Source: Eledone cirrhosa (taxonomy: Eukaryota). From it: a stretch of 64,000 bases of DNA. The DNA lies in contig OZ024753.1 in NCBI GenBank assembly GCA_964016885.1, positions 28,458,001-28,522,000 of the forward strand. The letters are read 5' to 3'. Positions 1-12,649 of this stretch are shown piece after piece; position 1 is the stretch's first letter; each line of letters starts with the position of its first letter. The position numbers and the translations under genes are program-made. The notes beneath the pieces are model-generated. The model was not told the origin of the DNA, ran no database searches, and saw only the letters and a program-made list of their open reading frames with translations.

Positions 1-699
1 CAAAAGAGAGCTCTATAAAATTATTACTGCCAGACAGTCACTCATGTATGGGCCTTGGTAGTTAAAAAAGAGAGCTCTATATAATTATTACTGCAAGACA
101 GTCACTCATGTATGGGCCTTGGTAGTTACAAAAGACAGCTCTATATAATTATTACTGCCAGACAGTCACTCATGTATAGGCATTGGTAGTTACAAAAGAG
201 AGCTCTATATAATTATTACTGCCAGACAGTCACTCATGTATGGGCCTTGGTAGTTACAAAAGAGAGCTCTATATAATTATTACTGCCAGACAGTCACTCA
301 TGTATGGGCCTTGGTAGTTACAAAAGAGAGCTCTATATAATTATTACTGCCAGACAGTCACTCATGTATGGGCCTTGGTAGTTACAAAAGACAGCTCTAT
401 ATAATTATTACTGCCAGACAGTCACTCATGTATGGGCCTTGGTAGTAACAAAAGGGAGCTCTATATAATAATTACTGCCAGACAGTCACTCATGTATGGG
501 CCTTGAAAGTTACAAAGACAGCTCTATATAATTATTACTGCCAGACAGCCACTCATGTATGGGCCTTGGTAGTTACAAAAGAGAGCTCTATATAATTATT
601 ACTGCCAGACAGTCACTCATGTATGGGCCTTGGTAGTTACAAAAGACAGCTCTATATAATTATTACTGCCAGACAGTCACTCATGTATGGGCCTTGGTA

Positions 700-3600
700 G
701 TTACAAAAGGGAGCTCTATATAATTATTACTGCCAGACAGTCACTCATGTATGGGCCTTGAAAGTTACAAAGACAGCTCTATATAATTATTACTGCCAGA
801 CAGCCACTCATGTATGGGCCTCGGTAGTTACAAAAGAGAGCTCTATATAATTATTACTGCCAGACAGTCACTCATGTATGGGCCTTGGTAGTTACAAAAG
901 ACAACTCTATATAATTATTACTGCCAGACAGTCACTCATGTATGGGCCTTGGTAGTTACAAAAGAGAGCTCTATATAATTATTACTGCCAGACAGTCACT
1001 CATGTATGGGCCTTGGTAGTTAAAAAAGAGAGCTCTATATAATTATTACTGCCAGACAGTCACTCATGTATGGGCCTTGTTAGTTACAAAAGAGAGCTCT
1101 ATATAATTATTACTGCCAGACAGTCACTCATGTATAGGCCTTGGTAGTTACAAAAGGGAGCTCTATATAATTATTACTGCCAGACAGTCACTCATGTATA
1201 GGCCTTGGTAGTTACAAAAGAGAGCTGTATATAATTATTACTGCCACACAGTCACTCATGTATGGGCCTTGGTAGTTACAAAAGGCAGCTCTATATAATT
1301 ATTACTGCCAGACAGTCACTCATGTATGAGCCTTGGTAGTTACAAAAGAGAGCTCTATATAATTATTACTGCCAGACAGTCACTCATGTATGGGCCTTGG
1401 TAGTTACAAAAGAGAGCTCTATATAATTATTACTGCCAGACAGTCACTCATGTATGGGCCTTGTTAGTTACAAAAGACAGCTCTATATAATTATTACTGC
1501 CAGACAGTCACTCATGTATGGGCCTTGGTAGTTACAAAAGAGAGCTCTATATAATTGTTACTGCCAGACAGTCACTCATGTATGGGCCTTGGTAGTTACA
1601 AAAGAGAGCTCTATATAATTATTACTGCCAGACAGTCACTCATGTATGGGCCTTGGTAGTTACAAAAGAGAGCTCTATATAATTGTTACTGCCAGATAGT
1701 CACTCATGTATGGGCCTTGGTAGTTACAAAAGACAGCTCTATATAATTATTACTGCCAGACAGTCACTCATGTATGGGCCTTGGTAGTTACAAAAGGGAG
1801 CTCTATATAATTATTACTGCCAGACAGTCACTCATGTATGGGCCTTGAAAGTTACAAAGACAGCTCTATATAATTATTACTGCCAGACAGCCACTCATGT
1901 ATGGGCCTTGGTAGTTACAAAAGAGAGCTCTATATAATTATTACTGCCAGACAGTCACTCATGTATGGGCCTTGGTAGTTACAAAAGACAGCTCTATATA
2001 ATTGTTACTGCCAGACAGTCACTAATGTATAGGCCTTAGTAGTTACAAAAGAGAGTTCTATATAATTATTACTGCCAGACAGTCACTCATGTATGGGCCT
2101 TGGTAGTTACAAAAGAGAGCTCTATATAATTGTTACTGCCAGACAGTCACTCATGTATGGGCCTTGGTAGTTACAAAAGAGAGCTCTATATAATTATTAC
2201 TGCCAGACAGTCACTCATGTATGGGCCTTGGTAGTTACAAAAGAGAGCTCTATATAATTGTTACTGCCAGATAGTCACTCATGTATGGGCCTTGGTAGTT
2301 ACAAAAGAGAGCTGTATATAATTATTACTGCCAGACAGTCACTCATGTATGGGCCTTGGTAGTTACAAAAGAGAGCTCTATATAATTATTACTGCCAGAC
2401 AGTCACTCATGTATGAGCCTTGGTAGTTACAAAAGAGAGCTCTATAAAATTATTACTGCCAGACAGTCACTCATGTATGGGCCTTGGTAGTTAAAAAAGA
2501 GAGCTCTATATAATTATTACTGCAAGACAGTCACTCATGTATGGGCCTTGGTAGTTACAAAAGACAGCTCTATATAATTATTACTGCCAGACAGTCAGTC
2601 ATGTATAGGCATTGGTAGTTACAAAAGAGAGCTCTATATAATTATTACTGCCAGACAGTCACTCATGTATGGGCCTTGGTAGTTACAAAAGAGAGCTCTA
2701 TATAATTATTACTGCCAGACAGTCACTCATGTATAGGCATTGGTAGTTACAAAAGCGAGTTATATATAATTATTACTGCCAGACAGTCACTCATGTATGG
2801 GCCTTGGTAGTTACAAAAGACAGCTCTATATAATTATTACTGCCAGACAGTCACTCATGTATGGGCCTTGGTAGTTACAAAAGACAGCTCTATATAATTA
2901 TTACTGCCAGACAGTCACTCATGTATAGGCATTGGTAGTTACAAAAGAGAGCTCTATATAATTATTACTGCCAGACAGTCACTCATGTATGGGCCTTGGT
3001 AGTTACAAAAGGGAGCTCTATATAATTATTACTGCCAGACAGTCACTCATGTATGGGCCTTGAAAGTTACAAAGACAGCTCTATATAATTATTACTGCCA
3101 GACAGCCACTCATGTATGGGCCTCGGTAGTTACAAAAGAGAGCTTTATATAATTATTACTGCCAGACAGTCACTCATGTATGGGCCTTGGTAGTTACAAA
3201 AGACAACTCTATATAATTATTACTGCCAGACAGTCACTCATGTATGGGCCTTGGTAGTTACAAAAGAGAGCTCTATATAATTATTACTGCCAGACAGTCA
3301 CTCATGTATGGGCCTTGGTAGTTAAAAAAGAGAGCTCTATATAATTATTACTGCCAGACAGTCACTCATGTATGGGCCTTGTTAGTTACAAAAGAGAGCT
3401 CTATATAATTATTACTGCCAGACAGTCACTCATGTATAGGCCTTGGTAGTTACAAAAGGGAGCTCTATATAATTATTACTGCCAGACAGTCACTCATGTA
3501 TAGGCCTTGGTAGTTACAAAAGAGAGCTCTATATAATTATTACTGCCACACAGTCACTCATGTATGGGCCTTGGTAGTTACAAAAGGCAGCTCTATATAA

Positions 3601-5300
3601 TTATTACTGCCAGACAGTCACTCATGTATGAGCCTTGGTAGTTACAAAAGAGAGCTCTATATAATTATTACTGCCAGACAGTCACTCATGTATGGGCCTT
3701 GGTAGTTACAAAAGAGAGCTCTATATAATTATTACTGCCAGACAGTCACTCATGTATGGGCCTTGGTAGTTACAAAAGACAGCTCTATATAATTATTACT
3801 GCCAGACAGTCACTCATGTATGGGCCTTGGTAGTTACAAAAGAGAGCTCTATATAATTGTTACTGCCAGACAGTCACTCATGTATGGGCCTTGGTAGTTA
3901 CAAAAGAGAGCTCTATATAATTATTACTGCCAGACAGTCACTCATGTATGGGCCTTGGTAGTTACAAAAGAGAGCTCTATATAATTGTTACTGCCAGATA
4001 GTCACTCATGTATGGGCCTTGGTAGTTACAAAAGACAGCTCTATATAATTATTACTGCCAGACAGTCACTCATGTATGGGCCTTGGTAGTTACAAAAGGG
4101 AGCTCTATATAATTATTACTGCCAGACAGTCACTCATGTATGGGCCTTGAAAGTTACAAAGACAGCTCTATATAATTATTACTGCCAGACAGCCACTCAT
4201 GTATGGGCCTTGGTAGTTACAAAAGAGAGCTCTATATAATTATTACTGCCAGACAGTCACTCATGTATGGGCCTTGGTAGTTACAAAAGACAGCTCTATA
4301 TAATTGTTACTGCCAGACAGTCACTAATGTATAGGCCTTAGTAGTTACAAAAGAGAGTTCTATATAATTATTACTGCCAGACAGTCACTCATGTATGGGC
4401 CTTGGTAGTTACAAAAGAGAGCTCTATATAATTGTTACTGCCAGACAGTCACTCATGTATGGGCCTTGGTAGTTACAAAAGAGAGCTCTATATAATTATT
4501 ACTGCCAGACAGTCACTCATGTATGGGCCTTGGTAGTTACAAAAGAGAGCTCTATATAATTGTTACTGCCAGATAGTCACTCATGTATGGGCCTTGGTAG
4601 TTACAAAAGAGAGCTGTATATAATTATTACTGCCAGACAGTCACTCATGTATGGGCCTTGGTAGTTACAAAAGAGAGCTCTATATAATTATTACTGCCAG
4701 ACAGTCACTCATGTATGAGCCTTGGTAGTTACAAAAGAGAGCTCTATAAAATTATTACTGCCAGACAGTCACTCATGTATGGGCCTTGGTAGTTAAAAAA
4801 GAGAGCTCTATATAATTATTACTGCAAGACAGACACTCATGTATGGGCCTTGGTAGTTACAAAAGACAGCTCTATATAATTATTACTGCCAGACAGTCAC
4901 TCATGTATAGGCATTGGTAGTTACAAAAGAGAGCTCTATATAATTATTACTGCCAGACAGTCACTCATGTATGGGCCTTGGTAGTTACAAAAGAGAGCTC
5001 TATATAATTATTACTGCCAGACAGTCACTCATGTATAGGCATTGGTAGTTACAAAAGCGAGTTATATATAATTATTACTGCCAGACAGTCACTCATGTAT
5101 GGGCCTTGGTAGTTACAAAAGACAGCTCTATATAATTATTACTGCCAGACAGTCACTCATGTATGGGCCTTGGTAGTTACAAAAGACAGCTCTATATAAT
5201 TATTACTGCCAGACAGTCACTCATGTATAGGCATTGGTAGTTACAAAAGAGAGCTCTATATAATTATTACTGCCAGACAGTCACTCATGTATGGGCCTTG
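700..5300 (+). repeat. Tandem duplication of a 36-monomer (2302 bp) block
   Basis: Rare markers recur at a constant 2302-bp offset (36x64-2): GAAAG 760/3062 and 1847/4149, ACTAATG 2021/4323, GCGAGTTATA 2755/5057. Confidence 0.88.
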
Positions 5301-5435
5301 GTAGTTACAAAAGAGAGCTCTATATAATTATTACTGCCAGACAGTCACTCATGTATGGGCATTGGTAGTTACAAAAGAGAGCTCTATATAATTATTACTG
5401 CCAGACAGTCACTCATGTATGAGCCTTGGTAGTTA

Positions 5436-6930
5436 CAAAAGAGAGCTCTATAAAATTATTACTGCCAGACAGTCACTCATGTATGGGCCTTGGTAGTTAA
5501 AAAAGAGAGCTCTATATAATTATTACTGCAAGACAGTCACTCATGTATGGGCCTTGGTAGTTACAAAAGACAGCTCTATATAATTATTACTGCCAGACAG
5601 TCACTCATGTATAGGCATTGGTAGTTACAAAAGAGAGCTCTATATAATTATTACTGCCAGACAGTCACTCATGTATGGGCCTTGGTAGTTACAAAAGAGA
5701 GCTCTATATAATTATTACTGCCAGACAGTCACTCATGTATGGGCCTTGGTAGTTACAAAAGAGAGCTCTATATAATTATTACTGCCAGACAGTCACTCAT
5801 GTATGGGCCTTGGTAGTTACAAAAGACAGCTCTATATAATTATTACTGCCAGACAGTCACTCATGTATGGGCCTTGGTAGTAACAAAATGGAGCTCTATA
5901 TAATAATTACTGCCAGACAGTCACTCATGTATGGGCCTTGAAAGTTACAAAGACAGCTCTATATAATTATTACTGCCAGACAGCCACTCATGTATGGGCC
6001 TTGGTAGTTACAAAAGAGAGCTCTATATAATTATTACTGCCAGACAGTCACTCATGTATGGGCCTTGGTAGTTACAAAAGACAGCTCTATATAATTATTA
6101 CTGCCAGACAGTCACTCATGTATGGGCCTTGGTAGTTACAAAAGGGAGCTCTATATAATTATTACTGCCAGACAGTCACTCATGTATGGGCCTTGAAAGT
6201 TACAAAGACAGCTCTATATAATTATTACTGCCAGACAGCCACTCATGTATGGGCCTCGGTAGTTACAAAAGAGAGCTCTATATAATTATTACTGCCAGAC
6301 AGTCACTCATGTATGGGCCTTGGTAGTTACAAAAGACAACTCTATATAATTATTACTGCCAGACAGTCACTCATGTATGGGCCTTGGTAGTTACAAAAGA
6401 GAGCTCTATATAATTATTACTGCCAGACAGTCACTCATGTATGGGCCTTGGTAGTTAAAAAAGAGAGCTCTATATAATTATTACTGCCAGACAGTCACTC
6501 ATGTATGGGCCTTGGTAGTTACAAAAGAGAGCTCTATATAATTATTACTGCCAGACAGTCACTCATGTATAGGCCTTGGTAGTTACAAAAGGGAGCTCTA
6601 TATAATTATTACTGCCAGACAGTCACTCATGTATAGGCCTTGGTAGTTACAAAAGAGAGCTCTATATAATTATTACTGCCACACAGTCACTCATGTATGG
6701 GCCTTGGTAGTTACAAAAGGCAGCTCTATATAATTATTACTGCCAGACAGTCACTCATGTATGAGCCTTGGTAGTTACAAAAGAGAGCTCTATATAATTA
6801 TTACTGCCAGACAGTCACTCATGTATGGGCCTTGGTAGTTACAAAAGAGAGCTCTATATAATTATTACTGCCAGACAGTCACTCATGTATGGGCCTTGGT
6901 AGTTACAAAAGACAGCTCTATATAATTATT
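5436..6930 (+). repeat. Copy of window positions about 1-1500 at an 85-monomer (5435 bp) offset
   Basis: Private TAGTAACA variant at 446 and 5881, GAAAG pairs 505/760 and 5940/6195, and GACAACTC, GCCACAC and AAAGGCAG in the same order. 5435 = 85x64-5. Confidence 0.85.
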
Positions 6931-9900
6931 ACTGCCAGACAGTCACTCATGTATGGGCCTTGGTAGTTACAAAAGGGAGCTCTATATAATTATTACTGCC
7001 AGACAGTCACTCATGTATGGGCCTTGAAAGTTACAAAGACAGCTCTATATAATTATTACTGCCAGACAGCCACTCATGTATGGGCCTCGGTAGTTACAAA
7101 AGAGAGCTCTATATAATTATTACTGCCAGACAGTCACTCATGTATGGGCCTTGGTAGTTACAAAAGACAGCTCTATATAATTATTACTGCCAGACAGTCA
7201 CTCATATATGGGCCTTGGTAGTTACAAAAGAGAGCTCTATATAATTATTACTGCCAGACAGTCACTCATGTATGGGTCTTGGTAGTTACAAAAGACAGCT
7301 CTATATAATTATTACAGCCAGACAGTCACACATGTATGGGCCTTGGCAGTTACAAAAGACAGCTCTATATAATTATTACTGCCAGACAGTCACTCATGTA
7401 TGGGCCTTGGTAGTTACAAAAGAGAGCTCTATATAATTATTACTGCCAGACATTCACTCATGTATGGGCCTTGTTAGTTACAAAAGAGAGCTCTATATAA
7501 TTGTTACTGCCAGACGGTCACTCATGTATGGGCCTTGGTATTTACAAAAGAGAGCTCTATATAATTATTACTGCCAGACAGTCACTCATGTATGGGCCTT
7601 GGTAGTTACAAAAGACAGCTCTATATAATTGTTACTGCCAGACAGTGACTAATGTATAGGCCTTAGTAGTTACAAAAGAGAGTTCTATATAATTATTACT
7701 GCCAGACAGTCACTCATGTATGGGCCTTGGTAGTTACAAAAGAGAGCTCTATATAATTGTTACTGCCAGACAGTCACTCATGTATGGGCCTTGGTAGTTA
7801 CAAAAGAGAGCTCTATATAATTATTACTGCCAGACAGTCACTCATGTATGGGCCTTGGTAGTTACAAAAGAGAGCTCTATACAATTATTACTGCCAGACA
7901 GTCACTCATGTATGGGCCTTGGTAGTTACAAAAGAGAGCTCTATATAATTATTACTGCCAGACAGTCACTCATGTATAGGCCTTGGTAGTTACAAAAGGG
8001 AGCTCTATATAATTATTACTGCCAGACAGTCACTCATGTATGGGCCTTGGTAGTTACAAAAGACAGCTCTATATAATTATTACTGCCAGACAGTCACTCA
8101 TGTATGGGCCTTGGTAGTTACAAAAGAGAGCTCTATATAATTATTACTGCCAGACATTCACTCATGTATGGGCCTTGTTAGTTACAAAAGAGAGCTCTAT
8201 ATAATTGTTACTGCCAGACGGTCACTCATGTATGGGCCTTGGTATTTACAAAAGAGAGCTCTATATAATTATTACTGCCAGACAGTCACTCATGTATGGG
8301 CCTTGGTAGTTACAAAAGACAGCTCTATATAATTGTTACTGCCAGACAGTCACTAATGTATAGGCCTTAGTAGTTACAAAAGAGAACTCTATATAATTGT
8401 TACTGCCAGATAGTCACTCATGTATGGGCCTTGGTAGTTACAAAAGAGAGCTGTATATAATTATTACTGCCAGACAGTCACTGATGTATGGGCCTTGGTA
8501 GTTACAAAAGAGAGCTCTATATAATTATTACTGCCAGACAGTCACTCATGTATAGGCATTGGTAGTTACAAAAGCGAGTTATATATAATTATTACTGCCA
8601 GACAGTCACTCATGTATGGGCCTTGGTAGTTACAAAAGACAGCTCTATATAATTATTACTGCCAGACAGTCACTCATGTATGGGCCTTGGTAGTTACAAA
8701 AGACAGCTCTATAAAATTATTACTGCCAGACAGTCACTCATGTATGGGCATTGGTAGTTACAAAAGAGAGCTCTATATAATTATTACTGCCAGACAGTCA
8801 CTCATGTATGGGCCTTGGTAGTTACAAAAGAGAGCTCTATATAATTATTACTGCCAGACAGTCACTCATGTATAGGCATTGGTAGTTACAAAAGAGAGCT
8901 CTATATAATTATTACTGCCAGACAGTCACTCATGTATGAGCCTTGGTAGTTACAAAAGAGAGCTCTATAAAATTATTACTGCCAGACAGTCACTCATGTA
9001 TGGGCCTTGGTAGTTAAAAAAGAGAGCTCTATATAATTATTACTGCAAGACAGTCACTCATGTATGGGCCTTGGTAGTTACAAAAGACAGCTCTATATAA
9101 TTATTACTGCCAGATAGTCACTCATGTATAGGCATTGGTAGTTACAAAAGAGAGCTCTATATAATTATTACTGCCAGACAGTCACTCATGTATGGGCCTT
9201 GGTAGTTACAAAAGAGAGCTCTATATAATTATTACTGCCAGACAGTCACTCATGTATGGGCCTTGGTAGTTACAAAAGACAGCTCTATATAATTGTTACT
9301 GCCAGACAGTCACTAATGTATAGGCCTTAGTAGTTACAAAAGAGAGTTCTATATAATTATTACTGCCAGACAGTCACTCATGTATGGGCCTTGGTAGTTA
9401 CAAAAGAGAGCTCTATATAATTGTTACTGCCAGACAGTCACTCATGTATGGGCCTTGGTAGTTACAAAAGAGAGCTCTATATAATTATTACTGCCAGACA
9501 GTCACTCATGTATGGGCCTTGGTAGTTACAAAAGAGAGCTCTATACAATTATTACTGCCAGACAGTCACTCATGTATGGGCCTTGGTAGTTACAAAAGGG
9601 AGCTCTATATAATTATTACTGCCAGACAGTCACTCATGTATGGGCCTTGAAAGTTACAAAGACAGCTCTATATAATTATTACTGCCAGACAGCCACTCAT
9701 GTATGGGCCTCGGTAGTTACAAAAGAGAGCTCTATATAATTATTACTGCCAGACAGTCACTCATGTATGGGCCTTGGTAGTTACAAAAGACAGCTCTATA
9801 TAATTATTACTGCCAGACAGTCACTCATGTATGGGCCTTGGTAGTTACAAAAGAGAGCTCTATATAATTATTACTGCCAGACAGTCACTCATGTATGGGC

Positions 9901-12649
9901 CTTGGTAGTTACAAAAGAGAGCTCTATATAATTATTACTGCCAGACAGTCACTCATGTATAGGCATTGGTAGTTACAAAAGAGAGCTCTATATAATTATT
10001 ACTGCCAGACAGTCACTCATGTATGAGCCTTGGTAGTTACAAAGGAGAGCTCTATAAAATTATTACTGCCAGACAGTCACTCATGTATGGGCCTTGGTAG
10101 TTAAAAAAGAGAGCTCTATATAATTATTACTGCAAGACAGTCACTCATGTATAGGCATTGGTAGTTACAAAAGACAGCTCTATATAATTATTACTGCCAG
10201 ACAGTCACTCATGTATAGGCATTGGTAGTTACAAAAGAGAGCTCTATATAATTATTACTGCCAGACAGTCACTCTTGTATGGGCCTTGGTAGTTACAAAA
10301 GAGAGCTCTATATAATTATTACTGCCAGACAGTCACTCATGTATGGGCCTTGGTAGTTACAAAAGACAGCTCTATATAATTATTACTGCCAGACAGTCAC
10401 TCATGTATGGGCCTTGGTAGTTACAAAAGAGAGCTCTATATAATTATTACTGCCAGACAGTCACTCATGTATGGGCCTTGGTAGTTACAAAAGAGAGCTC
10501 TATATAATTATTACTGCCAGACAGTCACTCATGTATGGGCCTTGGTAGTTACAAAAGACAGCTCTATATAATTGTTACTGCCAGATAGTCACTCATGTAT
10601 GGGCCTTGGTAGTTACAAAAGAGAGCTGTATATAATTATTACTGCCAGACAGTCACTCATGTATGGGCCTTGGTAGTTACAAAAGAGAGCTCTATATAAT
10701 TATTACTGCCAGACAGTCACTCATGTATGGGCCTTGGTAGTTACAAAAGTGAGCTCTATATAATTGTTACTGCCAGATAGTCACTCATGTATGGGCCTTG
10801 GTAGTTACAAAAGAGAGCTGTATATAATTATTACTGCCAGACAGTCACTCATGTATGGGCCTTGGTAGTTACAAAAGAGAGCTCTATATAATTATTACTG
10901 CCAGACAGTCACTCATGTATGAGCCTTGGTAGTTACAAAAGAGAGCTCTATAAAATTATTACTGCCAGACAGTCACTCATGTATGGGCCTTGGTAGTTAA
11001 AAAAGAGAGCTCTATATAATTATTACTACAAGACAGTCACTCATGTATGGGCCTTGGTAGTTACAACAGACAGCTCTATATAATTATTACTGCCAGACAG
11101 TCACTCATGTATAGGCATTGGTAGTTACAAAAGAGAGCTCTATATAATTATTACTGCCAGACAGTCACTCATGTATGGGCCTTGGTAGTTACAAAAGAGA
11201 GCTCTATATAATTATTACTGCAAGACAGTCACTCATGTATGGGCCTTGGTAGTTACAAAAGACAGCTCTATATAATTATTACTGCCAGACAGTCACTCAT
11301 GTATAGGCATTGGTAGTTACAAAAGAGAGCTCTATATAATTATTACTGCAAGACAGTCACTCATGTATGGGCCTTGGTAGTTACAAAAGACAGCTCTATA
11401 TAATTATTACTGCCAGACAGTCACTCATGTATAGGCATTGGTAGTTACAAAAGAGAGCTGTATATAATTATTACTGCCAGACAGTCACTCATGTATGGGC
11501 CTTGGTAGTTACAAAAGAGAGCTCTATATAATTATTACTGCCAGACAGTCACTCATGTATGGGCCTTGGTAGTTACAAAAGAGAGCTCTATATAATTGTT
11601 ACTGCCAGATAGTCACTCATGTATGGGGCTTGGTAGTTACAAAAGAGAGCTGTATATAATTATTACTGCCAGACAGTCACTAATGTATGGGCCTTGGTAG
11701 TTACAAAAGAGAGCTCTATATAATTATTACTGCCAGACAGTCACTCATGTATGGGCCTTGGTAGTTACAAAAGAGAGCTCTATATAATTATTACTGCCAG
11801 ACAGTCACTCATGTATGGGCCTTGGTAGTTACAAAAGACAGCTCTATATAATTATTACTGCCAGACAGTCACTCATGTATGGGCCTTGGTAGTTACAAAA
11901 GAGAGCTCTATATAATTATTACTGCCAGACAGTCACTCATGTATGGGCCTTGGTAGTTACAAAAGAGAGCTCTATATAATTATTACTGCCAGACAGTCAC
12001 TCATGTATGGGCCTTGGTAGTTACAAAAGAGAGCTCTATATAATTGTTACTGCCAGATAGTCACTCATGTATGGGCCTTGGTAGTTACAAAAGAGAGCTG
12101 TATATAATTATTACTGCCAGACAGTCACTCATGTATGGGCCTTGGTAGTTACAAAAGAGAGCTCTATATAATTATTACTGCCAGACAGTCACTCATGTAT
12201 GGGCCTTGGTAGTTACAAAAGAGAGCTCTATATAATTGTTACTGCCAGATAGTCACTCATGTATGGGCCTTGGTAGTTACAAAAGAGAGCTGTATATAAT
12301 TATTACTGCCAGACAGTCACTCATGTATGGGCCTTGGTAGTTACAAAAGAGAGCTCTATATAATTATTACTGCCAGACAGTCACTCATGTATGAGCCTTG
12401 GTAGTTACAAAAGAGAGCTCTATAAAATTATTACTGCCAGACAGTCACTCATGTATGGGCCTTGGTAGTTAAAAAAGAGAGCTCTATATAATTATTACTG
12501 CAAGACAGTCACTCATGTATGGGCCTTGGTAGTTACAAAAGACAGCTCTATATAATTATTACTGCCAGAGAGTCACTCATGTATAGGCATTGGTAGTTAC
12601 AAAAGAGAGCTCTATATAATTATTACTGCCAGACAGTCACTCATGTATG

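Noticed and set aside
503-532. Sigma70-like promoter TTGAAA-N18-TATAAT created by the 63-bp variant (35 copies)
   Set aside because: The match is real at sequence level, but there is no downstream gene and no sign of bacterial origin. It is at most relevant as a cryptic promoter if cloned in E. coli.
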